Under the pieces are notes generated by a model. It ran no database searches and had not been told where the DNA came from. It saw only the letters and a list, made by a program, of their open reading frames with translations. The translations under genes and the position numbers were made by a program. A stretch of 64,000 nucleotides of DNA from Minisyncoccia bacterium. Lineage in GTDB: Bacteria > Patescibacteriota > Minisyncoccia > Phycocordibacterales > UBA918. Positions 56,319 through 64,000 of the stretch are shown piece after piece (within the stretch, counting starts at the first letter, position 1; every line of letters begins with the position of its first letter). The stretch covers positions 4,484 through 68,483 of the forward strand of contig JBKBPM010000001.1 of the NCBI GenBank assembly GCA_046293175.1. Direction: 5' to 3'.

Positions 56319-58832
56319 ATGTCATTTTTAGATAGATTTTTTGGCCCTAGTTATCAAAAAGAGCTTACCGCACTTACTCCATTGGTGGCTGAAATTAATG
56401 GACTCGAATCAGTGTATGCTTCGTCTACCATTACTGATTTGCGTGAGGTTACTAAATCCTTGCAGGCAAAGTTGGCTGCGGATGAAGCTGAACTTGATGA
56501 TGTGCTTCCCACGGCTTTTGCGTTAGTACGGGAAGCCAGTAAACGTACCCTAGGGCTCCGTCATTATGACGTGCAGCTTATGGGTGGTATTCTCCTCCAT
56601 CGCGGTAAAATCACTGAAATGCGCACTGGAGAAGGAAAGACACTAGTGGGGACACTCCCAGCCTTTCTCAATGCTCTTGGCGGAAAGGGTGTCCATGTTG
56701 TGACAGTCAATGATTATCTGGCACGACGTGACGCGGTGTGGATGGGTCAGGTGTATGATCTCCTTGGTCTCTCAGTTGGTATTATTAATAGTACCGGTTC
56801 GTATATCTATGATGCGTCACACGTGGAAAAGGATCGAGAGCGTGATGATGTTGGTTCATACAAAGTTGTCTATGACTTTTTGCGGCCATGTACACGTACT
56901 GAAGCATATGCGGCTGATATTACCTACGGAACTAATAGTGAATTTGGTTTTGACTATCTCCGCGATAATATCGAATTCGATACTACTCGCTTGCGTCAAC
57001 GCGGGCATACGTACGCCATCATTGATGAAATTGACTCTATCTTGATTGACGAAGCAAGAACACCGCTTATTATTTCAGCGCCGGCTCAAGATTCTGAAAA
57101 CCTGTATGCTATTTTTGCTGGTATTGCGAAGCAGCTCAAGTTTGAAGAGCATTACGTGGTGGATGAAAAGCTTCGCAGTGCGACATTAACTAACGCTGGT
57201 ATTGAAGCGGCAGAAAAAATGCTCGGTGTAGACAATATCTATACTGACAAGGGTATCAAGTATGTACATCATCTTGAAACCGCTGTTCGTGCACAAGCAC
57301 TCTACACACGAGATAAGGAATACGTCGTACGAGACGGGGAGGTTGTCATTGTCGATGAGTTTACTGGTCGTTTGCAACCAGGTCGTCGCTGGTCTGACGG
57401 ACTCCACCAAGCCATTGAAGCCAAAGAAGGTGTGGCTGTGCAGCGTGAGTCGCGGACCTATGCGTCCATTACCTACCAGAACTATTTCCGTATGTACGAA
57501 AAGCTCTCTGGTATGACTGGTACGGCTCTCACCTCCGAAGAAGAGTTTTACACCGTATACAAGCTTGAGGTAGTGCCAGTACCAACCCATCGTCAGGTGT
57601 CCCGCGTTGATCACAATGATCTCATTTTTCAAAATGAAGCTGGAAAGTTTAAGGCGATTATTGCGCGGGTGAAAGAAATTAATCAAACCGGACAGCCTAT
57701 TCTTATTGGTACAGCATCAATTGAGGTCAACGAGCGTATGTCAGAGGCGCTTAAGAAAGCCGGAGTGGTGCATCAGGTACTCAATGCCAAGAATCACGAA
57801 CGTGAAGGGGAGATTATTGCTGCTGCCGGTATGAAAGGTGCTGTGACATTGGCTACTAACATGGCGGGTCGTGGCGTGGACATTAAACTTGGTGGACCGC
57901 AAGCCTCACCAGAACAAGCAGAAGAGGTCCGTAACCTCGGTGGTCTCTTTGTGTTGGGAACTGAGCGTCACGAAGCGAGACGTATTGATAACCAGCTTCG
58001 TGGTCGAGCCGGCCGACAAGGAGATCCTGGCGCAACCCAGTTCTATGTTTCCATGGAAGACTCTCTGATGCGTGTGTTCGGAGGGGAACGAGTCAAAAAC
58101 CTCATGGGCACCTTTGGCATTCCCGAAGATCAGCCAATTGAGATGAAACTCATCTCTCGCCAGCTAGAAGCTGCTCAAACTCGAATTGAAGGCTTCCATT
58201 TTGATTCCCGTAAGCAAATCTTGGCCTACGATGATGTACTTAACATGCAACGTATCTCGATTTATAATCGTCGTCATAAATTGCTGCATCAAGATGTAGC
58301 CGAACTTTCAGCAATTAAAGATGAGGTGATTGCCGTAGTTCCATCAGTCGCGGAGGTATTTGCCACCAAAGAGGCAGAATTCGGAACTGAGCATATGAAC
58401 CAGATGTTTTCACAGCTCTGCCTACAGATTATTGACTCGCTCTGGGTTGATCACCTCGAGTTGATGGGACATATTCGTTCGAGTGTAAATCTCCGTGCTT
58501 ATGGTCAGCGTGACCCACTCATTGAATATCGTCGCGAGGGGACAGAGGCATTTTTGGACCTCCAGCACACTATTCTCCATCGTATAGCTGAGGTGCTTCC
58601 GGTTATGCAGCCGGCGGTAATTGCCAAGGAAGAAGTAGCTCACCAAAAAGAAGCGGAAGCAGCTCTTAAGGCGAGTGAAGGTGGGGAGAAAAAAACTGCT
58701 CCCAAAGTAGCTGAGACTCTTCCAGGTCGCAATGATATCGTGACTGTCACGAATGGTGTGACGACCCAAACCATGAAATACAAAAAAGCAGAACCACTCT
58801 TAGCCTCAGGTTGGCAGCTGGTATCAAAGTAA
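56319..58832 (+). CDS. secA: Preprotein translocase ATPase SecA (start at MSFLDRFFG)
   Basis: RHYDVQLMGGILLHRGKITEMRTGEGKTLV, DEIDSILIDEARTPLIIS, TNMAGRGVDIKLGG motifs. Confidence 0.9.
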   Translation: MSFLDRFFGPSYQKELTALTPLVAEINGLESVYASSTITDLREVTKSLQAKLAADEAELDDVLPTAFALVREASKRTLGLRHYDVQLMGGILLHRGKITEMRTGEGKTLVGTLPAFLNALGGKGVHVVTVNDYLARRDAVWMGQVYDLLGLSVGIINSTGSYIYDASHVEKDRERDDVGSYKVVYDFLRPCTRTEAYAADITYGTNSEFGFDYLRDNIEFDTTRLRQRGHTYAIIDEIDSILIDEARTPLIISAPAQDSENLYAIFAGIAKQLKFEEHYVVDEKLRSATLTNAGIEAAEKMLGVDNIYTDKGIKYVHHLETAVRAQALYTRDKEYVVRDGEVVIVDEFTGRLQPGRRWSDGLHQAIEAKEGVAVQRESRTYASITYQNYFRMYEKLSGMTGTALTSEEEFYTVYKLEVVPVPTHRQVSRVDHNDLIFQNEAGKFKAIIARVKEINQTGQPILIGTASIEVNERMSEALKKAGVVHQVLNAKNHEREGEIIAAAGMKGAVTLATNMAGRGVDIKLGGPQASPEQAEEVRNLGGLFVLGTERHEARRIDNQLRGRAGRQGDPGATQFYVSMEDSLMRVFGGERVKNLMGTFGIPEDQPIEMKLISRQLEAAQTRIEGFHFDSRKQILAYDDVLNMQRISIYNRRHKLLHQDVAELSAIKDEVIAVVPSVAEVFATKEAEFGTEHMNQMFSQLCLQIIDSLWVDHLELMGHIRSSVNLRAYGQRDPLIEYRREGTEAFLDLQHTILHRIAEVLPVMQPAVIAKEEVAHQKEAEAALKASEGGEKKTAPKVAETLPGRNDIVTVTNGVTTQTMKYKKAEPLLASGWQLVSK

Positions 58833-58849
58833 CTATCACCAGAGGAGCC

Positions 58850-58879
58850 AAAAAACACCCATTGTAGGGTGTTTTTTGG
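58850..58879 (+). terminator. Rho-independent terminator after secA
   Basis: aaaaaacacccattgtagggtgttttttgg. Confidence 0.7.
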
Positions 58880-58894
58880 TATACTTGCAATAAT

Positions 58895-59239
58895 ATGATA
58901 CGAATTATTGTTTATGTAGCCACGAGCGCTTTAGCTCTCCTTATAGCAAATGAGATTATTCCTGGCCTCACCATCGATACTTGGCAGACAGCTGTCTTTG
59001 CGGCGGTGGTTCTTGGTGTGCTTAACAGTTTTGTAAAACCGATTCTGATACTCCTCACCCTACCCATTACGCTCATTACCCTTGGGTTGTTTATTCTCGT
59101 AATCAATGTCCTCTTATTTATGACGGCCGCTTGGCTCCTCCCGGGGTTTGCAGTTGCTGGCTTTGTACCAGCCGCCCTTGGTACTCTTATGGTGAGTGTC
59201 GTTCATCTATTTGTAGGGAAGATGCAGCAAGCCGATTAA
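58895..59239 (+). CDS. YvlD / phage_holin_4_2 (PF04020-like) 4-TM membrane protein
   Basis: LLTLPITLITLGLFILVINVLLFMTAAWLL motif; terminator aaaacgcccaccttggggcgttttttt at 59267-59300. Confidence 0.5.
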   Translation: MIRIIVYVATSALALLIANEIIPGLTIDTWQTAVFAAVVLGVLNSFVKPILILLTLPITLITLGLFILVINVLLFMTAAWLLPGFAVAGFVPAALGTLMVSVVHLFVGKMQQAD

Positions 59240-59364
59240 TCAAGTGAGAGAAAACTGTCCGTACATAAAAACGCCCACCTTGGGGCGTTTTTTTATGTAA
59301 GAAATTACTTTTACTCACAGTCCCTCAAAAGTCGTCTTATTTTTAGAGTCATTAACACCCCTTA

Positions 59365-59640
59365 AAAATCATAAAATTTGCTATAGATAGTTGGTCTACT
59401 CTATCAAGAAGAGTGGAATAAAAGATGATCACGGTAGGGGAGAGACGTGGACATGACCATTAGAGATACGCCACACTCACGGACACCACAAGGGTATTTC
59501 CATTTTTAGACTCCTTTCAGTCGTTAAAAATTAGGTCATTTCGCTATAGTCGCCCTGTGTCATCAAATTGGTGGAATCAAGAGTGTTTGCGGTAGTTGAG
59601 AGACGTGGACGTGGCCATTAGGGATAGGCCACGCTCACGG
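59365..59640 (+). repeat. Two tandem imperfect (about 75-80% identical) units of about 120 nt upstream of obg; candidate structured ncRNA duplicates
   Basis: Unit A 59365-59485 and unit B 59524-59640. They share ttaaaaat..atttgctatagat.., and conserved cores cggtaggggagagacgtggacatgaccattagagatacgccacactcacgga versus cggtagttgagagacgtggacgtggccattagggataggccacgctcacgga. Confidence 0.6.
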
Positions 59641-59714
59641 AAATTCGCCATAGTCGGCACAAGCGCCTCGTTGGCTCATTTCATTTTGACTCAAGAAAGT
59701 TTTTATGGTATGAC

Positions 59715-60689
59715 ATGCAGATGTTTACAGATCAAATCACTATATACGCTGAAGCCGGAGCCGGAGGAGACGGTGTTACGCGCTGGCGTCACGAGAAGTT
59801 TGTCCCCAATGCAGGACCGTCAGGTGGAAACGGTGGAGATGGTGGAGACGTCTACATTGAAGCCGTGCGAGACCTCGGGCTACTTTCAAAGTATCTCGGT
59901 AATCCACGTTTTAGCGCGGGTGCGGGTGTGCCTGGGCAAACCGGAAGTAAGGCTGGTCGTCATGGTGAAGATCTCATTATCAAGGTTCCTGTTGGTTCAA
60001 TTGTCACTGATGTGAGTCGTGAACGGGTCTACGAATTTTTTACCGAAGGACACAAAGAACGAGTCTTTAAGGGTGGTCGTGGCGGCTTAGGTAACGAGCA
60101 CTTTAAGTCTTCCACGAACCGCTCTCCCGAAGAAAACACCAAAGGCAAGCCTGGAGAATCGGGAGACTTAAAAATTGAGCTTACGCTTGTAGTGGATGTG
60201 GGACTTATTGGTTTGCCAAATGCGGGTAAGTCGACTCTTCTTAATACGTTCACCAATGCGCGTAGTGCGGTTGGTGCCTATCCCTTCACTACCCTCGTCC
60301 CACACCTAGGTGACCTCTATGGCTTTGTGCTTGCTGACATCCCAGGACTCATTGAAGGAGCCCACACGGGGAAGGGACTCGGACATACCTTCTTGCGACA
60401 CGTCACCAAGACCAAAATGCTCCTCCATCTTGTTTCTTTTGAGCACGAAGACCTAATTGAAAAGTATTATATCATTCGAAATGAGCTATCTTCGTACAGT
60501 AAAGACCTTGAAGATAAAGAAGAATGGATTATTTTTACTAAAAAAGACCTTGCAAATAAAGAGCAATTAGAAAAAGTGCAAGAGTTTATTGACAAGTCTA
60601 ACAAACGTGTCTTTATTATATCTACAGAAACTGGGGAAGGAATCAAAAACCTCCAAGATACCCTTGTCGAGCGCCTTCGAGGAACGTAA
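59715..60689 (+). CDS. obg: GTPase Obg/CgtA
   Basis: Gly-rich Obg fold AGAGGDGVTRWRHEKF...GGNGGDGGDV; G1 GLPNAGKSTL; G3 DIPGLIEGA. Confidence 0.85.
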   Translation: MQMFTDQITIYAEAGAGGDGVTRWRHEKFVPNAGPSGGNGGDGGDVYIEAVRDLGLLSKYLGNPRFSAGAGVPGQTGSKAGRHGEDLIIKVPVGSIVTDVSRERVYEFFTEGHKERVFKGGRGGLGNEHFKSSTNRSPEENTKGKPGESGDLKIELTLVVDVGLIGLPNAGKSTLLNTFTNARSAVGAYPFTTLVPHLGDLYGFVLADIPGLIEGAHTGKGLGHTFLRHVTKTKMLLHLVSFEHEDLIEKYYIIRNELSSYSKDLEDKEEWIIFTKKDLANKEQLEKVQEFIDKSNKRVFIISTETGEGIKNLQDTLVERLRGT

Positions 60690-60698
60690 AATACCCCC

Positions 60699-62111
60699 AT
60701 GTATACGCCAACTATTGGGCTAGAAGTTCACGCCGAATTAAAAACCAAGAGTAAAATGTTTTGTGGGTGCCAGAATAATCCACATCATGATGAACCGAAC
60801 ACCAATGTCTGTCCGGTTTGTATGGCACACCCGGGAACGTTACCGGTACCAAATGAGGCAGCCATAAAATCTGTCCTCATGTTTGGAACAGCAGTTGATG
60901 GTGCACTTGCGACCTATTCAGAATTTGATCGTAAAAATTATTTTTATCCGGATATCCCAAAAGCCTATCAGCTCAGTCAGTATGCATTCCCGTTTGTGAA
61001 AGGGGGAGTGTTGGCGGGAGTTGAACTCACCCGGGTGCATCTCGAAGAAGATACTGCGCGTAGTCAACACGACAAAGGGGAAGGAAGTCTCATTGACTAC
61101 AATCGGGCTGGCGTACCACTCATGGAGTTGGTGACTGAACCAGTTATTCATGATGCACAAACAGCCGGGAACTTCGCTCGGGAACTACAGCTCTTATTGC
61201 GAACTCTTGGCATTAGTGATGCAAATATGGAGAAGGGAGAGATGCGGGTAGAAGCCAATATATCGGTTAGCAAAGACACTAATCTCGGTACTAAGGTAGA
61301 AGTCAAAAATCTTAACTCATTTAGATCAGTCGAAGATGCTATCAACTATGAAATCAAGCGGCAGATAGCAGTGCTTGAAGCTGGAGGAGAATTGAAACAG
61401 GAAACGAGAGGATGGGATGAGAACAAGAGCGAGACGTATGTGCAGCGCAGTAAAGAAACCGCTAAAGACTACCGATATTTTCCTGATCCGGACATTCCAA
61501 AGTACGATTTGACTTTAAAAAATGATTTTTCGAAGTCGGCCCTATCCGAGATAATGCCTGTTCTACCCAATGAAAAGCGCTTAAAATATAGTCTTCTCGG
61601 ATTAACGAACTCACAGATAGAAATAATAATAGCAGACCAACATATCGACTCGTACTTCGCATCGCTCCTTGAGGTGATGGGTGAAGAAGCAACTCCTGTG
61701 CTAGCATTGGCCGTCAATTATCTCCTGACCGACATGGTGCCACTTTGGAGTAATGTAACGACGACTGACACCATCATCTCACCAGAGCACTTTGCAGCCC
61801 TGATGGGTCTCCTTTACACCCGCCAGATCACCTCACGGGTAGCAAAGGACCTACTTATTGAGTTTGCCTTACAAGACAATGATTTAGTAGCTATCATTCA
61901 AGAGCGAGGACTCCTCGCTTCCAGTAACTCCGCTGACCTCGAGCGAATAGTGGACGAGGTATTGTCCAGCAACGAATCAGTGGTGGCAGAATATCAGGGA
62001 GGGAAGATAAGCGTTATTCAGTTCTTGGTTGGCCAAGTGATGAAGCAGACTAAAGGAGCTTCAGACCCCATCACCGTGCGTGAGGTACTAGAACGCAAGC
62101 TTCAAAGCTAA
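60699..62111 (+). CDS. gatB: Asp/Glu-tRNA amidotransferase subunit B GatB
   Basis: TIGLEVHAELKTKSKMFCGC, YFYPDIP, C-terminal GatB/YqeY domain. Confidence 0.85.
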   Translation: MYTPTIGLEVHAELKTKSKMFCGCQNNPHHDEPNTNVCPVCMAHPGTLPVPNEAAIKSVLMFGTAVDGALATYSEFDRKNYFYPDIPKAYQLSQYAFPFVKGGVLAGVELTRVHLEEDTARSQHDKGEGSLIDYNRAGVPLMELVTEPVIHDAQTAGNFARELQLLLRTLGISDANMEKGEMRVEANISVSKDTNLGTKVEVKNLNSFRSVEDAINYEIKRQIAVLEAGGELKQETRGWDENKSETYVQRSKETAKDYRYFPDPDIPKYDLTLKNDFSKSALSEIMPVLPNEKRLKYSLLGLTNSQIEIIIADQHIDSYFASLLEVMGEEATPVLALAVNYLLTDMVPLWSNVTTTDTIISPEHFAALMGLLYTRQITSRVAKDLLIEFALQDNDLVAIIQERGLLASSNSADLERIVDEVLSSNESVVAEYQGGKISVIQFLVGQVMKQTKGASDPITVREVLERKLQS

Positions 62112-62198
62112 ACGAGAAATCTAGAGTTATGAACATATCTCGGCCACCTTATGGTGGTCATTTATGTACATAGTTTGTATACTAAAAAGCAGTAAGGT

Positions 62199-63068
62199 AT
62201 GGATACGGTCACTGTCAACGGAAAGATCTACAAAAAAGCCGCTGTTTTGGCTAAGCAATTTCGCTATACTACTGACTATATTGGTCAACTGTGTCGTAAC
62301 AAGAAGGTAGACTGCCAATTTGTCGGTCGCTCCTGGTACGTCACTGAAGCATCACTTCTTGCCCACAAAGATAATCGTTATAAAGAAGTTCGTGTAGACG
62401 AGAAAACTATAAAAAACAATAATATCTCGGTACGTGATACTTCTGAAATCTCAGTTAGGCCTCGTCTTTTGAAAACTGCACAAAAGCTTGCGCCAACTTC
62501 TCATTTTGCTTCGCGTCTCATTCCTCGCGAATCGAAATATTTTCCAGATGAAGCTGAGCTTTTGCCAGTTACGCTCAAACCTACTCCTACCATTAAACCT
62601 ATCATTCCAACCACTATACCGGTAGCTCTTGAAGCGGCCACAACCATCAAAGTAAAAGCTGAAAAATCTATAGCAAAGCTTGATTTTACTGATCTTCCTA
62701 CCGTTGCTCTAACTGGAAATTTGGTGGTACAGGAGATTGTCCCTGATGTGACTCCTTCAACTCCGGTAGTACTTCCTGTACCTGGAATGGCAAAAGCAAA
62801 GCCTGAGACGACCCCCCATGAGGTTAAGACGGTCCTTGTACAGCCGCCTGTAGACAACAAGATAAGCTTTACACCAACACAGGTCCGTGCCCTTCCTAAG
62901 CCAGCTCCTCGGTACTTTTTACTGGCAACCTCTATCCTTACGAGTTGTCTTTTATTTGGGTTTGTGACGACAGCCAATGTCGTGTTTACTATCGGTAAAA
63001 ACATCACCGTGAAGCAGGTGCAATTTGACGTTGCTCCACTCCAAAATTGGCTTGTAAAGTCACGCTAG
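62199..63068 (+). CDS. Hypothetical protein: N-terminal Xis/MerR-type HTH-like module with Pro/Thr-rich linker and C-terminal TM
   Basis: KIYKKAAVLAKQFRYTTDYIGQLCRNKKVDCQFVGRSWYVTEASL; paralogous to N-terminus of next gene. Confidence 0.4.
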   Translation: MDTVTVNGKIYKKAAVLAKQFRYTTDYIGQLCRNKKVDCQFVGRSWYVTEASLLAHKDNRYKEVRVDEKTIKNNNISVRDTSEISVRPRLLKTAQKLAPTSHFASRLIPRESKYFPDEAELLPVTLKPTPTIKPIIPTTIPVALEAATTIKVKAEKSIAKLDFTDLPTVALTGNLVVQEIVPDVTPSTPVVLPVPGMAKAKPETTPHEVKTVLVQPPVDNKISFTPTQVRALPKPAPRYFLLATSILTSCLLFGFVTTANVVFTIGKNITVKQVQFDVAPLQNWLVKSR

Positions 63069-63137
63069 TTATTAACACCTTAAAGGTCGGTTATTCATGC
63101 TGAAATAGCTATAATATTACTAGCTATTTCGTAGAGC

Positions 63138-63857
63138 ATGTCAGAAAATTTTTTCATCGGGAATCGTCGCCTTATCCCACTCAAAGAAGTCACCAAAATT
63201 GTCCCGTACTCACGCGAGTATGTGGCTCGTTTGGCTCGCGATGGTAGAGTAGCTGCAGCACAAATTAACCGGCAGTGGTACATCGATCCAGAGTCTCTCA
63301 AAAACTTTTTTGATCAAGCCCAGCTCGAGATGCAGGCGCGTGGTGAATACGTCCGCGAGTTGCGCAAGCAAGAGCTCGATCTGCATGAATGGTGGTCAGC
63401 GTTTGTTGATACGCAAAAAAATCGTCAGGTTGGCCGTGCTGGCCGTGCTGCCAAGAAATCAATTTTGATAATTATTCTCGGTCTTTTTGTTGGACTTTTA
63501 GTGACGCGCTTCGCACCACTGGGGGATCCGGCAGTACTAGCTTCTTTGATTGAGAGTCAACAGCTCGCATCACTCATCACGGCACAAGACAATGAAGCGG
63601 CCGCCGTATCGTGGTACGAAACTGGCGATGTGGTGACCGAAGACGAATCACTCTTAAGTCCTGTAGGGATACTCCTTCTCCCTGATGGTGTGTCTGAAGA
63701 TCCTGCAGCCTTCTTTTCTGATGAGGTACGCGTAGAACAAACTGGTCCAACCAGTGGTGTTATCTATAGCTCGACTTCATCAAGTTCTGTGCCATTTGTG
63801 CGAGTGACTGCAGATGAGCAGGTTGAGTCGGTGGAATCGGTAGAGCTGGAGCCATAG
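63138..63857 (+). CDS. Hypothetical protein: N-terminal Xis/MerR-type HTH-like module with TM and acidic C-terminal region (paralog of 62199-63068)
   Basis: LIPLKEVTKIVPYSREYVARLARDGRVAAAQINRQWYIDPESL; TM KKSILIIILGLFVGLLVTRF. Confidence 0.4.
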   Translation: MSENFFIGNRRLIPLKEVTKIVPYSREYVARLARDGRVAAAQINRQWYIDPESLKNFFDQAQLEMQARGEYVRELRKQELDLHEWWSAFVDTQKNRQVGRAGRAAKKSILIIILGLFVGLLVTRFAPLGDPAVLASLIESQQLASLITAQDNEAAAVSWYETGDVVTEDESLLSPVGILLLPDGVSEDPAAFFSDEVRVEQTGPTSGVIYSSTSSSSVPFVRVTADEQVESVESVELEP

Positions 63858-63863
63858 TTTTTT

Positions 63864-64000
63864 ATGTATCGGTCTTATTATCTACAACTTTTTGTCTCAC
63901 TGGTGGCACTCGCCACGGTGACATTGTTGTGGGTAATACCAGCACAAGCCCAGTTCAATGAACAGATTAATTACCAAGGGCGACTCCTTGATGCGACTGG
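63864..64000 (+). CDS. Secreted protein, 5' end only (runs off window)
   Basis: MYRSYYLQLFVSLVALATVTLLWVIPAQA signal-peptide-like N-terminus; no stop in window. Confidence 0.3.
   Translation, partial: MYRSYYLQLFVSLVALATVTLLWVIPAQAQFNEQINYQGRLLDAT

Noticed and set aside
59365-59640. CRISPR array or glycine tandem riboswitch as explanation for the obg-upstream repeats
   Set aside because: There are only two units, about 20-25% diverged and about 120 nt each, with no spacer/repeat regularity and no cas genes. A GGAGAGAC block is present, but the glycine-riboswitch CCGAAGG.GCAA core is absent.
1-64000. CRISPR arrays, transposases or IS elements, 23S/5S rRNA
   Set aside because: No regularly spaced direct repeats, no DDE or serine/tyrosine recombinase-like ORFs, and no 23S or 5S signature sequences were found on either strand.

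Overview
This window reads as one contiguous chromosomal segment of a small-genome bacterium with about 45-50% GC and several Patescibacteria/CPR-like hallmarks. These hallmarks are a stand-alone 16S rRNA gene followed directly by a terminator (no 23S or 5S here), a divergent 16S with primer-site changes and a 3' tail lacking the canonical CCUCC anti-Shine-Dalgarno, native genes mostly without SD motifs, and densely packed envelope and glycosylation genes.

- Positions 1-10.8 kb hold cell-envelope and housekeeping genes. They include a GT4 glycosyltransferase, a polyprenyl-phosphate sugar transferase, an epimerase, folD, secDF, a P-loop kinase, a PyrH-like kinase and a YciB-like membrane protein.
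- Positions 10.8-19.5 kb form a mosaic hotspot. Three high-GC (58-65%) islets with SD-bearing genes and GC-rich terminators are interleaved with the 16S gene, tRNA-Leu, tRNA-Ile and partial tRNA duplicates. The islets encode secreted proteins (one with an OMP-like C-terminal Phe) and small membrane peptides.
- Positions 19.5-30 kb carry murD-murC, a metK leader with a riboswitch-like fold and terminator, a frameshifted metK that reads artificially into rsmI, a BspA/DUF285-like repeat surface protein with a perfect 75-bp tandem duplication, an L,D-transpeptidase-like / D,D-carboxypeptidase fusion, and a VirD4/TraD-like ATPase with a Pro/Lys-rich tail.
- Positions 30-56 kb hold a roughly 26-kb surface-glycan locus. 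It contains a UDP-GlcA decarboxylase-like enzyme fused to a GT4 N-domain, six GT4, one GT2, a GT47-like enzyme, a UDP-GlcA 4-epimerase, a short UGDH-like protein, seven SAM/FkbM methyltransferases, a sulfotransferase, a Wzx-type flippase, YvcK, an O-antigen-ligase/TPR protein and MurB. A low-GC sub-island within it has a G9 tract upstream of a secreted protein.
- Positions 56-64 kb carry a 47-aa K/A-rich histone-like protein, secA, a holin-like membrane protein, a pair of ~120-nt imperfect tandem repeats upstream of obg, gatB, and two paralogous HTH-plus-membrane-anchor proteins.

No CRISPR array, integrase or transposase was recognised. All functional calls are from motif-level reading of the translations. 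No database search was run.
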